This document shows, one piece after another, positions 34,514-42,493 of a stretch of 47,024 nt of DNA (position 1 is its first letter; each line of letters begins with the position of its first letter). Location: positions 1 through 47,024 of the forward strand of contig JAIRTA010000091.1 in the NCBI GenBank assembly GCA_031255175.1, written 5' to 3'. The stretch comes from Oscillospiraceae bacterium (GTDB taxonomy: Bacteria > Bacillota > Clostridia > Oscillospirales > UBA929). The notes beneath the pieces are model-generated. The model did no database searches, was not told the DNA's origin, and saw only the letters and a program-made list of their open reading frames with translations. A program made the position numbers and the translations under genes.

Positions 34514-35062
34514 GTGAAAGCCACAGGCATCGTCAGACGCATAGACGACTTGGGACGGGTGGTGATCCCCAAGGAAATCCGCAGAACCATGCGCATCCGC
34601 GAGGGCGACCCGTTGGAAATCTATACCGACAAGGAAGGCGGCGTTATCTTCCGAAAATATTCTCCGATGGGTGAACTGTCCGATTTTGCCGTGCAGGTCT
34701 GCGAGACGCTACACAAGATCGGCGGGTTCATGGCCGCCGTCACCGACAGGGACACGGTGATCGCCGTGTCCGGGCCGGTCAAACGCGAGATGGTGGACAA
34801 ACGCTTGAGCGAGGGCGTGGAACAGCTCATGGAGGAACGCCAGCCCTACCGCTGCCAACAGGAACACACCAAAGTGCCTGTTCTCGACGGGCACGAAAAA
34901 TACTATGTGGGCGTCGCGGCGCCGATTTTAGCGGAGGGTGACGTGTCCGGCTGCGTGCTGCTTTTGGTTCCGGCGGGCGACACGCCGGTCCTCATGGGCG
35001 ACACGGAATCCAAGCTCGCGCAAGTGGCGGCGGGTTTTCTGGGCCGGCAGATGGAAGTGTAG
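34514..35062 (+). CDS. spoVT: Stage V sporulation protein T (AbrB-family regulator)
   Basis: 182 aa with the SpoVT-AbrB swapped-hairpin N-terminus MKATGIVRRIDDLGRVVIPKEIRRTMRIREGDPLEIY plus a GAF-like C-terminal domain. GTG start after AGGAGGG. Confidence 0.9.
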   Translation: MKATGIVRRIDDLGRVVIPKEIRRTMRIREGDPLEIYTDKEGGVIFRKYSPMGELSDFAVQVCETLHKIGGFMAAVTDRDTVIAVSGPVKREMVDKRLSEGVEQLMEERQPYRCQQEHTKVPVLDGHEKYYVGVAAPILAEGDVSGCVLLLVPAGDTPVLMGDTESKLAQVAAGFLGRQMEV

Positions 35063-35096
35063 ACAACCGCCGCCGCCCGCATTTGCCGGCAAAAAA

Positions 35097-35131
35097 CACC
35101 GCAGGCCCCAAAACAGGGCTTGCGGTGTTTT
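35097..35131 (+). terminator. Intrinsic terminator after spoVT
   Basis: CACCGCAGGCCC-CAAAACA-GGGCTTGCGGTG (12 bp with one G-U) followed by TTTT. An A-run precedes it, so it may act in both directions. Confidence 0.85.
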
Positions 35132-35261
35132 GCCAAAGGCGGCCGGGCGCGTCCGCCGCCGGCGCGCGGCTCTTATGAAAATTCTGCTTGCCGTTATAGA
35201 AAAATATGGTATTTTTCGAAACTTGCAACCTTCAAACCGCCGTGCATACGCAGGAAACCTT

Positions 35262-35290
35262 TTGACTTTTACCCCGGCGGCTGGTACAAT
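35262..35290 (+). promoter_or_regulatory. rnpB promoter
   Basis: TTGACT (35262-35267), 17 nt, TGgTACAAT (extended -10; hexamer at 35285-35290). The predicted start, about 7 nt downstream, coincides with the RNase P RNA 5' end. Confidence 0.7.
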
Positions 35291-35297
35291 ATTGGGT

Positions 35298-35662
35298 GCG
35301 AGTAAGCCGGGCAGTCGCGTGCGCAGCGCTGAAAGGCCGCGCACGAGGAAAGTCCGAGCTCCATAGGGCAAGGATAACGGGTAACGCCCGCCGGAGGCGA
35401 CTCCAGGAATAGTGCAACAGAGATATACCGCCTGGCAGCTGCCGGTTCGCCGGCGGTGATCCAGGTAAGGGTGGAAAGGCGAGGTAAGAGCTCACCGGCG
35501 CCCGGGAAACCGGGCGGCCCTGTAAACTCTATCCGGAGCAACACCGTTCAGTGGGACACGAGGCTGGCCCGGCCGTCCCCACAGGTGGCTGGAGCCATGT
35601 GGCAACGCATGGCCTAGATAGATGACTGTTCAAGACAGAACTCGGCTTACAGACTTACTCGC
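35298..35662 (+). ncRNA. rnpB: RNase P RNA (bacterial type A)
   Basis: Universal blocks read directly: GAGGAAAGTCCGAGCTCCATAGGGCA, GGGTAACGCC, AGTGCAACAGAGA, CAGGTAAGGGTGGAAAGG, GGTAAGAGCTCACC, GTAAACTCTATCCGGAGCAA, ACAGAACTCGGCTTAC. The 5' GCGAGTAAGCCG is complementary to the 3' CGGCTTA/CTTACTCGC. Ends are good to about 10 nt. The track ORFs on the minus strand here are spurious. Confidence 0.92.
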
Positions 35663-35667
35663 CGGCC

Positions 35668-35697
35668 GCGCGCGGGGGGCTTTTGTCCCCCGCGCGC
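35668..35697 (+). terminator. GC-rich hairpin immediately after rnpB (terminator or processing stem)
   Basis: GCGCGCGGGGG-GCTTTTGT-CCCCCGCGCGC, an 11-bp perfect stem with no T-run after it. Confidence 0.4.
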
Positions 35698-35851
35698 AAT
35701 GCCGAACGCCCGACAGAGACGGCCAAAAGCTGAATCTGAAAATTTTGTCCCCCGCGCGGTGCGAACCGTACGCTGCGGCACGTGTCGGCGTTTTCGGCGT
35801 ACAAAACAGGCGGCGCGGCGTCCGCGCGCCGGCGGAGAGAGGGTGACGCGT

Positions 35852-36421
35852 ATGCTTTCCTGGGATGCCTTGGAGTCCTCTGTGCGGGGCTGCGCGCGCT
35901 GCGCGCTGGCGGAGACCCGGCAAAACGTCGTCTTTGGCGTGGGCAAACGGGACGCCGGCGTCATGTTCATCGGGGAGGGGCCCGGGCAGCAGGAGGATCT
36001 CACCGGAGAACCTTTTGTGGGCCGGGCGGGCAAGCTGCTTGACGACATGATGACGGTCATCGGGCTCGACCGCACGCGCGTGTACATCGCCAATATCGTC
36101 AAATGCCGCCCGCCGGGCAACCGCGACCCGCTCGGGGTGGAGCAAGACGCCTGCATCGGCTGGCTGCGCAACCAAGTCGCGCTGATCCGCCCCAAGATCA
36201 TCGTCTGCCTGGGCCGCGTCGCGGCGGTGCGCATCATCAAAGAAGATTTTAAGATCACCCGCGAACACGGCGTGATCTTTCCGCGCGGCGACTACCGGCT
36301 CATGGCCACCTTCCACCCCTCGTTCCTGCTGCGCGATCCGCGCCGGCGTCCGGAGGCTTTCGACGACCTGAAAATCCTGGAGGCCGCCATTTTGGAGTGC
36401 TGTCCCGACACGTTGGCCTGA
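35852..36421 (+). CDS. Family-4 uracil-DNA glycosylase
   Basis: 189 aa with the Cys cluster CARCAL, the motif GEGPGQQED, and the C-terminal HPSFLLR. The ATG at 35852 follows GGAGAGAGGGTG. Confidence 0.88.
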   Translation: MLSWDALESSVRGCARCALAETRQNVVFGVGKRDAGVMFIGEGPGQQEDLTGEPFVGRAGKLLDDMMTVIGLDRTRVYIANIVKCRPPGNRDPLGVEQDACIGWLRNQVALIRPKIIVCLGRVAAVRIIKEDFKITREHGVIFPRGDYRLMATFHPSFLLRDPRRRPEAFDDLKILEAAILECCPDTLA

Positions 36422-36561
36422 CCCGGAGCGGATCGGCCCGCGTGTCGTGTGGGGGCGTGTACGTGCGCCTATATATTGCGGCGTGGGGTCCTTTTCTTCA
36501 CCATGACTTTCCTATGCGCATAGGATGGGGTAAATGTCAGAAGGACTTGGGAGGGACCGTC

Positions 36562-37629
36562 ATGTCGGCAGAATTCTTTTTGGGCGCCAACACCCCGGCA
36601 GGGTTTTATTCATTATACGATGGGCTCATCGACACGGACACCGCGCGGGACGTCATCGTGCTCAAAGGGGGGCCCGGCTGCGGGAAGTCCACTTTTATGC
36701 GTCGGGTCGGCGCGTTGGTGGCCGACGCCGGTCACAGCGTCGAATTCATTCTCTGCTCCTCCGACCCGGACTCGCTGGACGGCGTGGTTTTTCCCGGCCT
36801 GAAGGCCGCCGTCGTCGACGGCACCGCGCCCCATGTGGTGGAGCCCGTCTTCCCGCTGGCGGTCGAGCGCTACTGCAACCTGGGCGCGCACTGCGACGTA
36901 GACGCCGTTAAGCTGCACGTGGCGGAGATCCGGCGGCTGACCCGCGCAATCCGCCCCTGTTACGCGCGCGCCACCCGCTGCCTGTCCGCCGCCCGCGCGC
37001 TGGAAGACGACATGTTTGACTGCGTGCTGAACAACGCGGCGCTGGATACGCTGGCGCGCCGCGCGCGAGGGATCATCAGCCGGGAGATCAAACCGGGGCC
37101 CGGTCCGGCGCTGAAAAAACGTTTTCTCAGCGCCATCACGCCGCGCGGTCTGCTCTGCCGTCACGACACGGCGCACGCCCTCTGCCCCCGCCTCTACGAA
37201 TTGAACGACGACTACGGGCTGGCGCATATGATGCTCTCCCCCATCCTGGAAGCGGCTCTCGCCGCCGGGCAAGAGGCTATCGCCTGCTACAGCCCGATGA
37301 ACCCGGACCATCAGCTCGAGCACCTGCTGTTCCCCGGCCTGGGGGTCGGTTTTGTCTCCTCCGGGCATCTGCACGCCTACGACGGAAAACCCTTCCGCCG
37401 CCTGCGCTTAAACGCCTGTCTGGACCCGGAGCTGCTGCGCCGTCATCGCGTCCGTCTGCGCTTTCTGCGCAAGACCGAGCACGCCCTGATGGCCGAGGCG
37501 GTGGGGGCGCTGGCCGACGCCAAACGTCTCCACGACGAGCTGGAGTCCCACTACTGCCCTCACATGGACTTTGCCGCCGTCAAACACTGCGCCGACCAAA
37601 CCGCCGCCTGTCTCTTGCGCCAGGCATGA
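36562..37629 (+). CDS. P-loop NTPase of unknown function
   Basis: 355 aa with Walker A GGPGCGKST near the N-terminus and a possible Walker B AAVVDGT. I cannot name a family. The ATG at 36562 follows GGGAGGGA. Host-like GC. Confidence 0.7.
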   Translation: MSAEFFLGANTPAGFYSLYDGLIDTDTARDVIVLKGGPGCGKSTFMRRVGALVADAGHSVEFILCSSDPDSLDGVVFPGLKAAVVDGTAPHVVEPVFPLAVERYCNLGAHCDVDAVKLHVAEIRRLTRAIRPCYARATRCLSAARALEDDMFDCVLNNAALDTLARRARGIISREIKPGPGPALKKRFLSAITPRGLLCRHDTAHALCPRLYELNDDYGLAHMMLSPILEAALAAGQEAIACYSPMNPDHQLEHLLFPGLGVGFVSSGHLHAYDGKPFRRLRLNACLDPELLRRHRVRLRFLRKTEHALMAEAVGALADAKRLHDELESHYCPHMDFAAVKHCADQTAACLLRQA

Positions 37630-37635
37630 CAAAAA

Positions 37636-37661
37636 CACCCCGCAGTCGCCGCTGCGGGGTG
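37636..37661. terminator. Bidirectional intrinsic terminator at the left island border
   Basis: CACCCCGCAG-TCGCCG-CTGCGGGGTG. T-rich (TTATGTT) after it on the plus strand and TTTTT after it on the minus strand (plus A-run 37631-37635). It serves the converging ATPase gene and the island operon. Confidence 0.85.
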
Positions 37662-37753
37662 TTATGTTAGACGCAGAGGAATTGGAAATTTCAGGTTTTT
37701 CAAAGCCCCCGTTCCGCGGTGGCCGCGAAAAGGATCCGCCGTTCAGCGGGTTC

Positions 37754-38908
37754 TCACTTTTCGCTTCGTTTCAATGTCACTACAAACCAATTTTTCTCTC
37801 TGTCATCGAAAAAATCGATGTCAGGATAGCAGCTCAAAGCACGCAAAATGCCGGAACCGTAACCGCGATAAGGCAACACATGATTTGCAAACGAGGCCAG
37901 CAGAGGGTTCCTTGCATTTGAGTTTCCCGATTTGATGTTCGCAACTGTCAAATTATTCGGCAAATGCCCGGGACTTCTTATTTCTACACGGTTCCGAAAA
38001 ACAAATACCTGCACAGGCGCAGAAAGAAAATAATCGCGATGGATCAGTGCATTGGCAACAAGCTCTTCAATGGCTTCGGGAGGAATCTCCGGTATGCCCA
38101 CACTGTTTATGCCCTGCTCCCCTTGAATATGCCGGAGATTAGAGACAATAAAACTGACCGTCTGCCGAAACACATCGGACAATTTCCCTGTGATATCGCG
38201 GCTGTCATTGTACCCGGTAGCGGCAAGATCATTTGCGTCAAAGGCGCCCGCCTTGACGATGAAAATAGGCAGCCTAAATTGTGGTGACTTTGAAAAGAGC
38301 AATGTGGCGGCGACATTGAGAGAATCGTCTTTCAACAAATTCATATTTTCGAGAATCTTCGGCAATGGCAAGGTTTGCGCGTCCAGCGTCCGACCAAAAC
38401 GTCTTTGGAAAAAATCTCCAAAATATTCCAGATCTAAATCGGCTGTCGTGACGCCCGCAACCGGAAGTTCGTCCGCGTGGACAAGACTTGACGCTTGAAA
38501 CAACCGCTGTATTTCCTCACGAGAGGTCGCTTTCCGTTTATCAGCGCCATTTTTTACCCAGAATATACCATCCTTATCTTGATACGGCTTATTGATGCCG
38601 GAAGAGATGTCAACCACCACAACAAGTCCGCTATCTGTCATGATATTCTCAGTCGAGGGATTGATCGCGGGTTGAATCCATTGACTGGCGACATTGGATA
38701 TCATCTGATTTAAGCGGCGCACATCGTCGCCGGTCAACCCGGAAATTGAACCATCGTCGTCAACACCGATGAATATTTTACCTCCGCCTCCGTTGCTAAA
38801 AGCAACCATTTCAGAGGCCAGCGCTTCTCGACTGTTTATGTTTTTTTTAAATTGCCGGCTGCTGTCCTCACCGCGTTCCAGAAGAGATAAAAGTTCTATG
38901 ATTTCCAT
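37754..38908 (-). CDS. AlbA_2 (Schlafen-like) nucleic-acid-binding domain fused to a GHKL-like (HATPase_c_4-type) C-terminal domain
   Basis: 384 aa. The N-terminus, LLERGEDSSRQFKKNI...EMVAFSNGGGGKIFIGVDDDGSISGL, fits the AlbA_2 pattern (E..EFK, then AF.N..GG.i.iGV.D.G). The C-terminus, EELVANALIHRDYFLSAPVQVFVFRNRVEIRSPGHLPNNLTV...RNPLLASF...RGYGSGILRAL, fits the family often mis-annotated as RecG-like. AT-rich codon usage. RBS AAGGAG about 10 nt upstream. Confidence 0.75.
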   Translation of the reverse strand: MEIIELLSLLERGEDSSRQFKKNINSREALASEMVAFSNGGGGKIFIGVDDDGSISGLTGDDVRRLNQMISNVASQWIQPAINPSTENIMTDSGLVVVVDISSGINKPYQDKDGIFWVKNGADKRKATSREEIQRLFQASSLVHADELPVAGVTTADLDLEYFGDFFQRRFGRTLDAQTLPLPKILENMNLLKDDSLNVAATLLFSKSPQFRLPIFIVKAGAFDANDLAATGYNDSRDITGKLSDVFRQTVSFIVSNLRHIQGEQGINSVGIPEIPPEAIEELVANALIHRDYFLSAPVQVFVFRNRVEIRSPGHLPNNLTVANIKSGNSNARNPLLASFANHVLPYRGYGSGILRALSCYPDIDFFDDREKNWFVVTLKRSEK

Positions 38909-41511
38909 ATTTTATAAATCTCCTTTCTTCTTTCGAACGCCTCTTCGCCGCCCTCCATAATGACAACAATTTGTTCCTGCTGTGTGGGGTTGTCAATGCT
39001 GCCGCTTTGGATAGAAATTTTCGTATCTGAGAGCGAGCAAGCATGTATTTGTTCGGCGTCGCCAAGGACAGGAATATTTGGATTGTGTGTCGCAAAGATG
39101 AATTGTATTTTTGGTTTTAATCTACATATCAATTTAATGACATCTTCATAAATGCTTCGGTTGTCAAGATCATCTTCCGGCTGGTCGATAATGACAACAT
39201 CGTTTTCTTGCTGGCCCAACACAAACAAAATCAACGCCGACGCTCGTTGCCCCAGCGAATGCTCCGCGAGTTTCTTGTCATGGTACATAATGGTATATTT
39301 ATTGGGTGTCTGATAGGTGAGCAAATTTTTCAGATTTTGGTTGAACAGATCGGAAAACTTATCAGGGCTGCTGCCAAACATATTTTTTGCGTTTTCAAAA
39401 TCACAGTAAATATCAGAAAAACTCGAATATTTTTCAACGAGATTTTGTAAAGTAACCTCTCTTGTGTTGCTGCCTCTGAATACATTTTTGAAATAGTCAC
39501 GAAACGCGGCTTTATCTTCCTTAAACTCGACTGAAAATCTCAGTGCCGTGTTTTTTTGAGAAATCTCATCCAATTCAGCCTTGACCATTTGGAATTCTTC
39601 ATGCCAAAGATCATTCAGCTTATGCAATTCTTCATATAGATTGTTTTGGACCGTGTTTTTTTGGTCTTTGTTTTTTGAAAGTGCCGCCAATTTTGTCTCG
39701 GCGGCAATCAATTGTTTTTTGGCCGCCAAAAATTCATCTGTACTGATGTTTTGTCCAATGGCAGTTTTTAGTTCCGTCGCAAGCACTCGCTCGACCTCAG
39801 CGAACTCATCTGCCAATCCGTCCCGCGCCACGAGAAGTTTTTCATGTTCTTTCCTCAATATATCAAGAACCGCTTCCGACCCTGCCAATTCCGCTTTTAT
39901 AATTTCTATGCTTTGAATGCTCCGCATGAAATGTCCGTCGAATTTTTCAAACAATTCAGCGTTGTTTTCAGAAGTATACCCGGAAAAATTGCGCAATTCA
40001 TCCTCGTGTTTTGCGAGCAAATCCCGAATATCGGAGGCAAGTAGTTCAATCAGATGTATCCCTTTTTGGGCCTTGCGAATATCCGCTTCAAAACCGAGAC
40101 GTTTTTGCAATCTTTCTTCGAGTTTGTGTTCTTTATAAAAATTGAGTCGAAATTCCATATTCTGTTTTATTTTTGTCTGTTCTGCGATGAGCTCATCGAC
40201 ATTGCTAATTTTTGACAATCTGTCAATGGCCTCTATGACTCTCGATTTTTGTTCGGCAATTCGACGATGGATCTCATCGCATTTGGTGTTCAATAATTTC
40301 TCAATCAGATCTTTTCCCGAATCTTTTCCGGCAGTGGCAAGTTCTTTTTGACCAAAAAACAGCGGCTTATTTAAAACAGTTTCGCGAATGGAAACGCCTG
40401 GCTGCCATTTTTCCTCGATGAACACTTTGGCGTTTTCTTTCAATATCCGCCTGATCTGATATGGCTGCCCGTGGCGGTCTACGACATCGAGCACAACTCT
40501 GCCCCCGCTGCCAAGTGTGCGCTCCACCAATCTCTCCTTATATCCGCGCTCGCTGTCATTTTCTTCAAGCCGAATGTCCAAAACATAGCGCAAAGCCTCT
40601 AAAATCGAGGATTTTCCACTGCCGCGGATGCCGATAAAGGTGTTGAGTTCCGGTGAAAAACAGATCGTCTGTCCGTCCAGCGTCCCACCCTCAAAACGCA
40701 TTTGTCTGATATGCGAATGCGTATATTGCGGCACACTTTCTGAACACACGCGATGCTCATAATCTGCCAGCGCGAATTTAACGGCTTCAAATGTGAACGC
40801 GCCGAGTTTGAGATAACAGGCTTTCTTTTGCCCAATCTGCTCAATATTTTTGGGGTCGCTGCCCTCCACCTCCGCAGGATACCACCCTCTGAGCCAGTGT
40901 TTGACCTTTTGCCGTTCGTCCTGCGTTCTGACCTGCTGAAAACCCCGTGTCCGCTCTCTAACTGTTTGATATCTTGAGCCACACCACTCCTGGAATCTCC
41001 CGCCGCCGATTTCGTGCCACAGGCCCTTGCTGTCCTCAACATGGGCAAAAATCAGAAAATAATCATATCCCGATTTTTCAAGTTCTTCCACCGTTTGCAA
41101 GATGTTTTTATCACTGCACCCATTCTTATTTTCATACTCTGTCCGCGCCTTGCCGGGGAACATAGCATTCAGAAACGGAGATATCTTATCATTTCCATTC
41201 TCAATCCATGTATCGGCAAAGACAACCAAAACATGGGTGCCATTTGCGCCCTCGCCCACAGACAATTCGACACCGGGGAGTAAAAATATATTTTCCTTCT
41301 TTGCCGTTTTCCGCAACGCGCTGAACTCTTCCAGCTTGAATTTGTTGTGATTCGCAATTACGCCGACACGTATACGCGCCCTCTTTAACGCGTCAACATA
41401 GTCAGTGTTATAATAATTCTCATCACCGGAATACCCAAATTCTCTATCTGCCTTGGTGTGCAGATGGAAATCCGCTCGCATCCACGCGGCTCCGTTTGAA
41501 AACAAATTCAT
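38896..41511 (-). CDS. PHP phosphoesterase fused to a Rad50/SbcC-like coiled-coil ABC ATPase
   Basis: 871 aa. PHP motifs: ADFHLHT (13-19), VIANHN (51-56), GVE (80-82), THV (92-94), FAHVED (155-160), GSD (217-219). Walker A GIRGSGKSS (294-302). A long helical Lys/Glu/Leu-rich insert (about 400-700). Signature-like HSLGQRAS (751-758). Walker B/D-loop VVIIDQPEDDLD (772-783). H-loop FATHN (806-810). RBS GAGGTGA before the ATG at 41511. Confidence 0.8.
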   Translation of the reverse strand: MNLFSNGAAWMRADFHLHTKADREFGYSGDENYYNTDYVDALKRARIRVGVIANHNKFKLEEFSALRKTAKKENIFLLPGVELSVGEGANGTHVLVVFADTWIENGNDKISPFLNAMFPGKARTEYENKNGCSDKNILQTVEELEKSGYDYFLIFAHVEDSKGLWHEIGGGRFQEWCGSRYQTVRERTRGFQQVRTQDERQKVKHWLRGWYPAEVEGSDPKNIEQIGQKKACYLKLGAFTFEAVKFALADYEHRVCSESVPQYTHSHIRQMRFEGGTLDGQTICFSPELNTFIGIRGSGKSSILEALRYVLDIRLEENDSERGYKERLVERTLGSGGRVVLDVVDRHGQPYQIRRILKENAKVFIEEKWQPGVSIRETVLNKPLFFGQKELATAGKDSGKDLIEKLLNTKCDEIHRRIAEQKSRVIEAIDRLSKISNVDELIAEQTKIKQNMEFRLNFYKEHKLEERLQKRLGFEADIRKAQKGIHLIELLASDIRDLLAKHEDELRNFSGYTSENNAELFEKFDGHFMRSIQSIEIIKAELAGSEAVLDILRKEHEKLLVARDGLADEFAEVERVLATELKTAIGQNISTDEFLAAKKQLIAAETKLAALSKNKDQKNTVQNNLYEELHKLNDLWHEEFQMVKAELDEISQKNTALRFSVEFKEDKAAFRDYFKNVFRGSNTREVTLQNLVEKYSSFSDIYCDFENAKNMFGSSPDKFSDLFNQNLKNLLTYQTPNKYTIMYHDKKLAEHSLGQRASALILFVLGQQENDVVIIDQPEDDLDNRSIYEDVIKLICRLKPKIQFIFATHNPNIPVLGDAEQIHACSLSDTKISIQSGSIDNPTQQEQIVVIMEGGEEAFERRKEIYKIWKS

Positions 41512-41566
41512 ACCCTTTCACCTCACTCCAGAAGCGTTTTTGCCACGATGATCCATGATTTATGTA

Positions 41567-42493
41567 TCAAACACTTGAATCATCCATCCGGGCGCCATCG
41601 CGCCGGATGGGCTTGCCGGTTGCCGAGAGGAACATGGAGGCCACCATCAGCGCGGCGCCGGCCAAAAATGCGACGGTGATCCGGTCGTAGCCAAGCAGGG
41701 CGGAAAACAAAACCGCGAAGACCGACTCCGTACACAGGACAACCGCCACGGAGGCGGCGGGCAGCCGCGCCTGTACAAAGGTTTGCGCGAAGGCGCAAAA
41801 TCCCGTTGGGAACACGCCCAAAAACAGCAGGCCCAGCCCCGTTTCGGCCCAGGGGATGTCCGCCGTAAAAGGCTGCTCCCGCACGAAAGAGATGAACAGC
41901 GACAGGGCCGACGACACGAAGAGCTGGATGGCGGTGAAGTTGACGGGATGCACCGAAGGGGCGTACTTCCCCAGCAGCACAATCTGCACCGCCAGCGCCA
42001 CCGCGCAAAACACGCTCAGCAGGTCGCCCGCGTTGAGGGAAAAGCGCTCGAAGAGCACGTTTGAGATCAACAAGACGCCCGCGAAGCCCACCGCCGCCGC
42101 GAACAATGGCCGCGGTGTCCAGACCCGCCGGGCCGCCATCAGCAGCAGGGGCACAAAGATCACATAGAGCCCGGTGAAGAGCCCGTTCTTCGCCGGGGTG
42201 GTGATGCCCACTCCAACCGTCTGAAGGACATACGCCGCAAAGGTGACGGCCCCCAGCAGCGCGCCGCAGCGGAACTCGTCGCGCCGCAGCGGGGTGCGCC
42301 CGCCGAACGCCCGGCACGGCCGCAGGCACAGCAGAAGGACGCCTCCGAGCAAGAAGCGAAGGCCCAGCAAAAGGAAGAGAGGAAACCCCTGCGTGAGCAG
42401 ATTCTTGACCACGATGAAGCTGTACCCGAAGACAACGCAGACAAGCAGCATCAACGCGAGATAGCCGGCGCGCGCCGCACCCTCACGCCTCAT
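41567..42493 (-). CDS. EamA/DMT-family transporter
   Basis: 308 aa with about 10 TM segments in two EamA-like halves. The ATG overlaps the stop of the upstream SLH gene (ATGA). Confidence 0.85.
   Translation of the reverse strand: MRREGAARAGYLALMLLVCVVFGYSFIVVKNLLTQGFPLFLLLGLRFLLGGVLLLCLRPCRAFGGRTPLRRDEFRCGALLGAVTFAAYVLQTVGVGITTPAKNGLFTGLYVIFVPLLLMAARRVWTPRPLFAAAVGFAGVLLISNVLFERFSLNAGDLLSVFCAVALAVQIVLLGKYAPSVHPVNFTAIQLFVSSALSLFISFVREQPFTADIPWAETGLGLLFLGVFPTGFCAFAQTFVQARLPAASVAVVLCTESVFAVLFSALLGYDRITVAFLAGAALMVASMFLSATGKPIRRDGARMDDSSV

Noticed and set aside
37662-41566. Calling the AT-rich island a prophage remnant, IS element or integrative element.
   Set aside because: No integrase, transposase or recombinase, no terminal inverted or direct repeats, and no tRNA or att-like duplication could be found at either border. 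Only compositional evidence for foreign origin remains.
41512-41566. A dedicated sigma-A promoter for the island operon in the 55-nt gap after the EamA gene.
   Set aside because: The only candidates (e.g. TTGATA with no acceptable -10 at 16-18 nt) are unconvincing. This is recorded as an open question rather than a feature.
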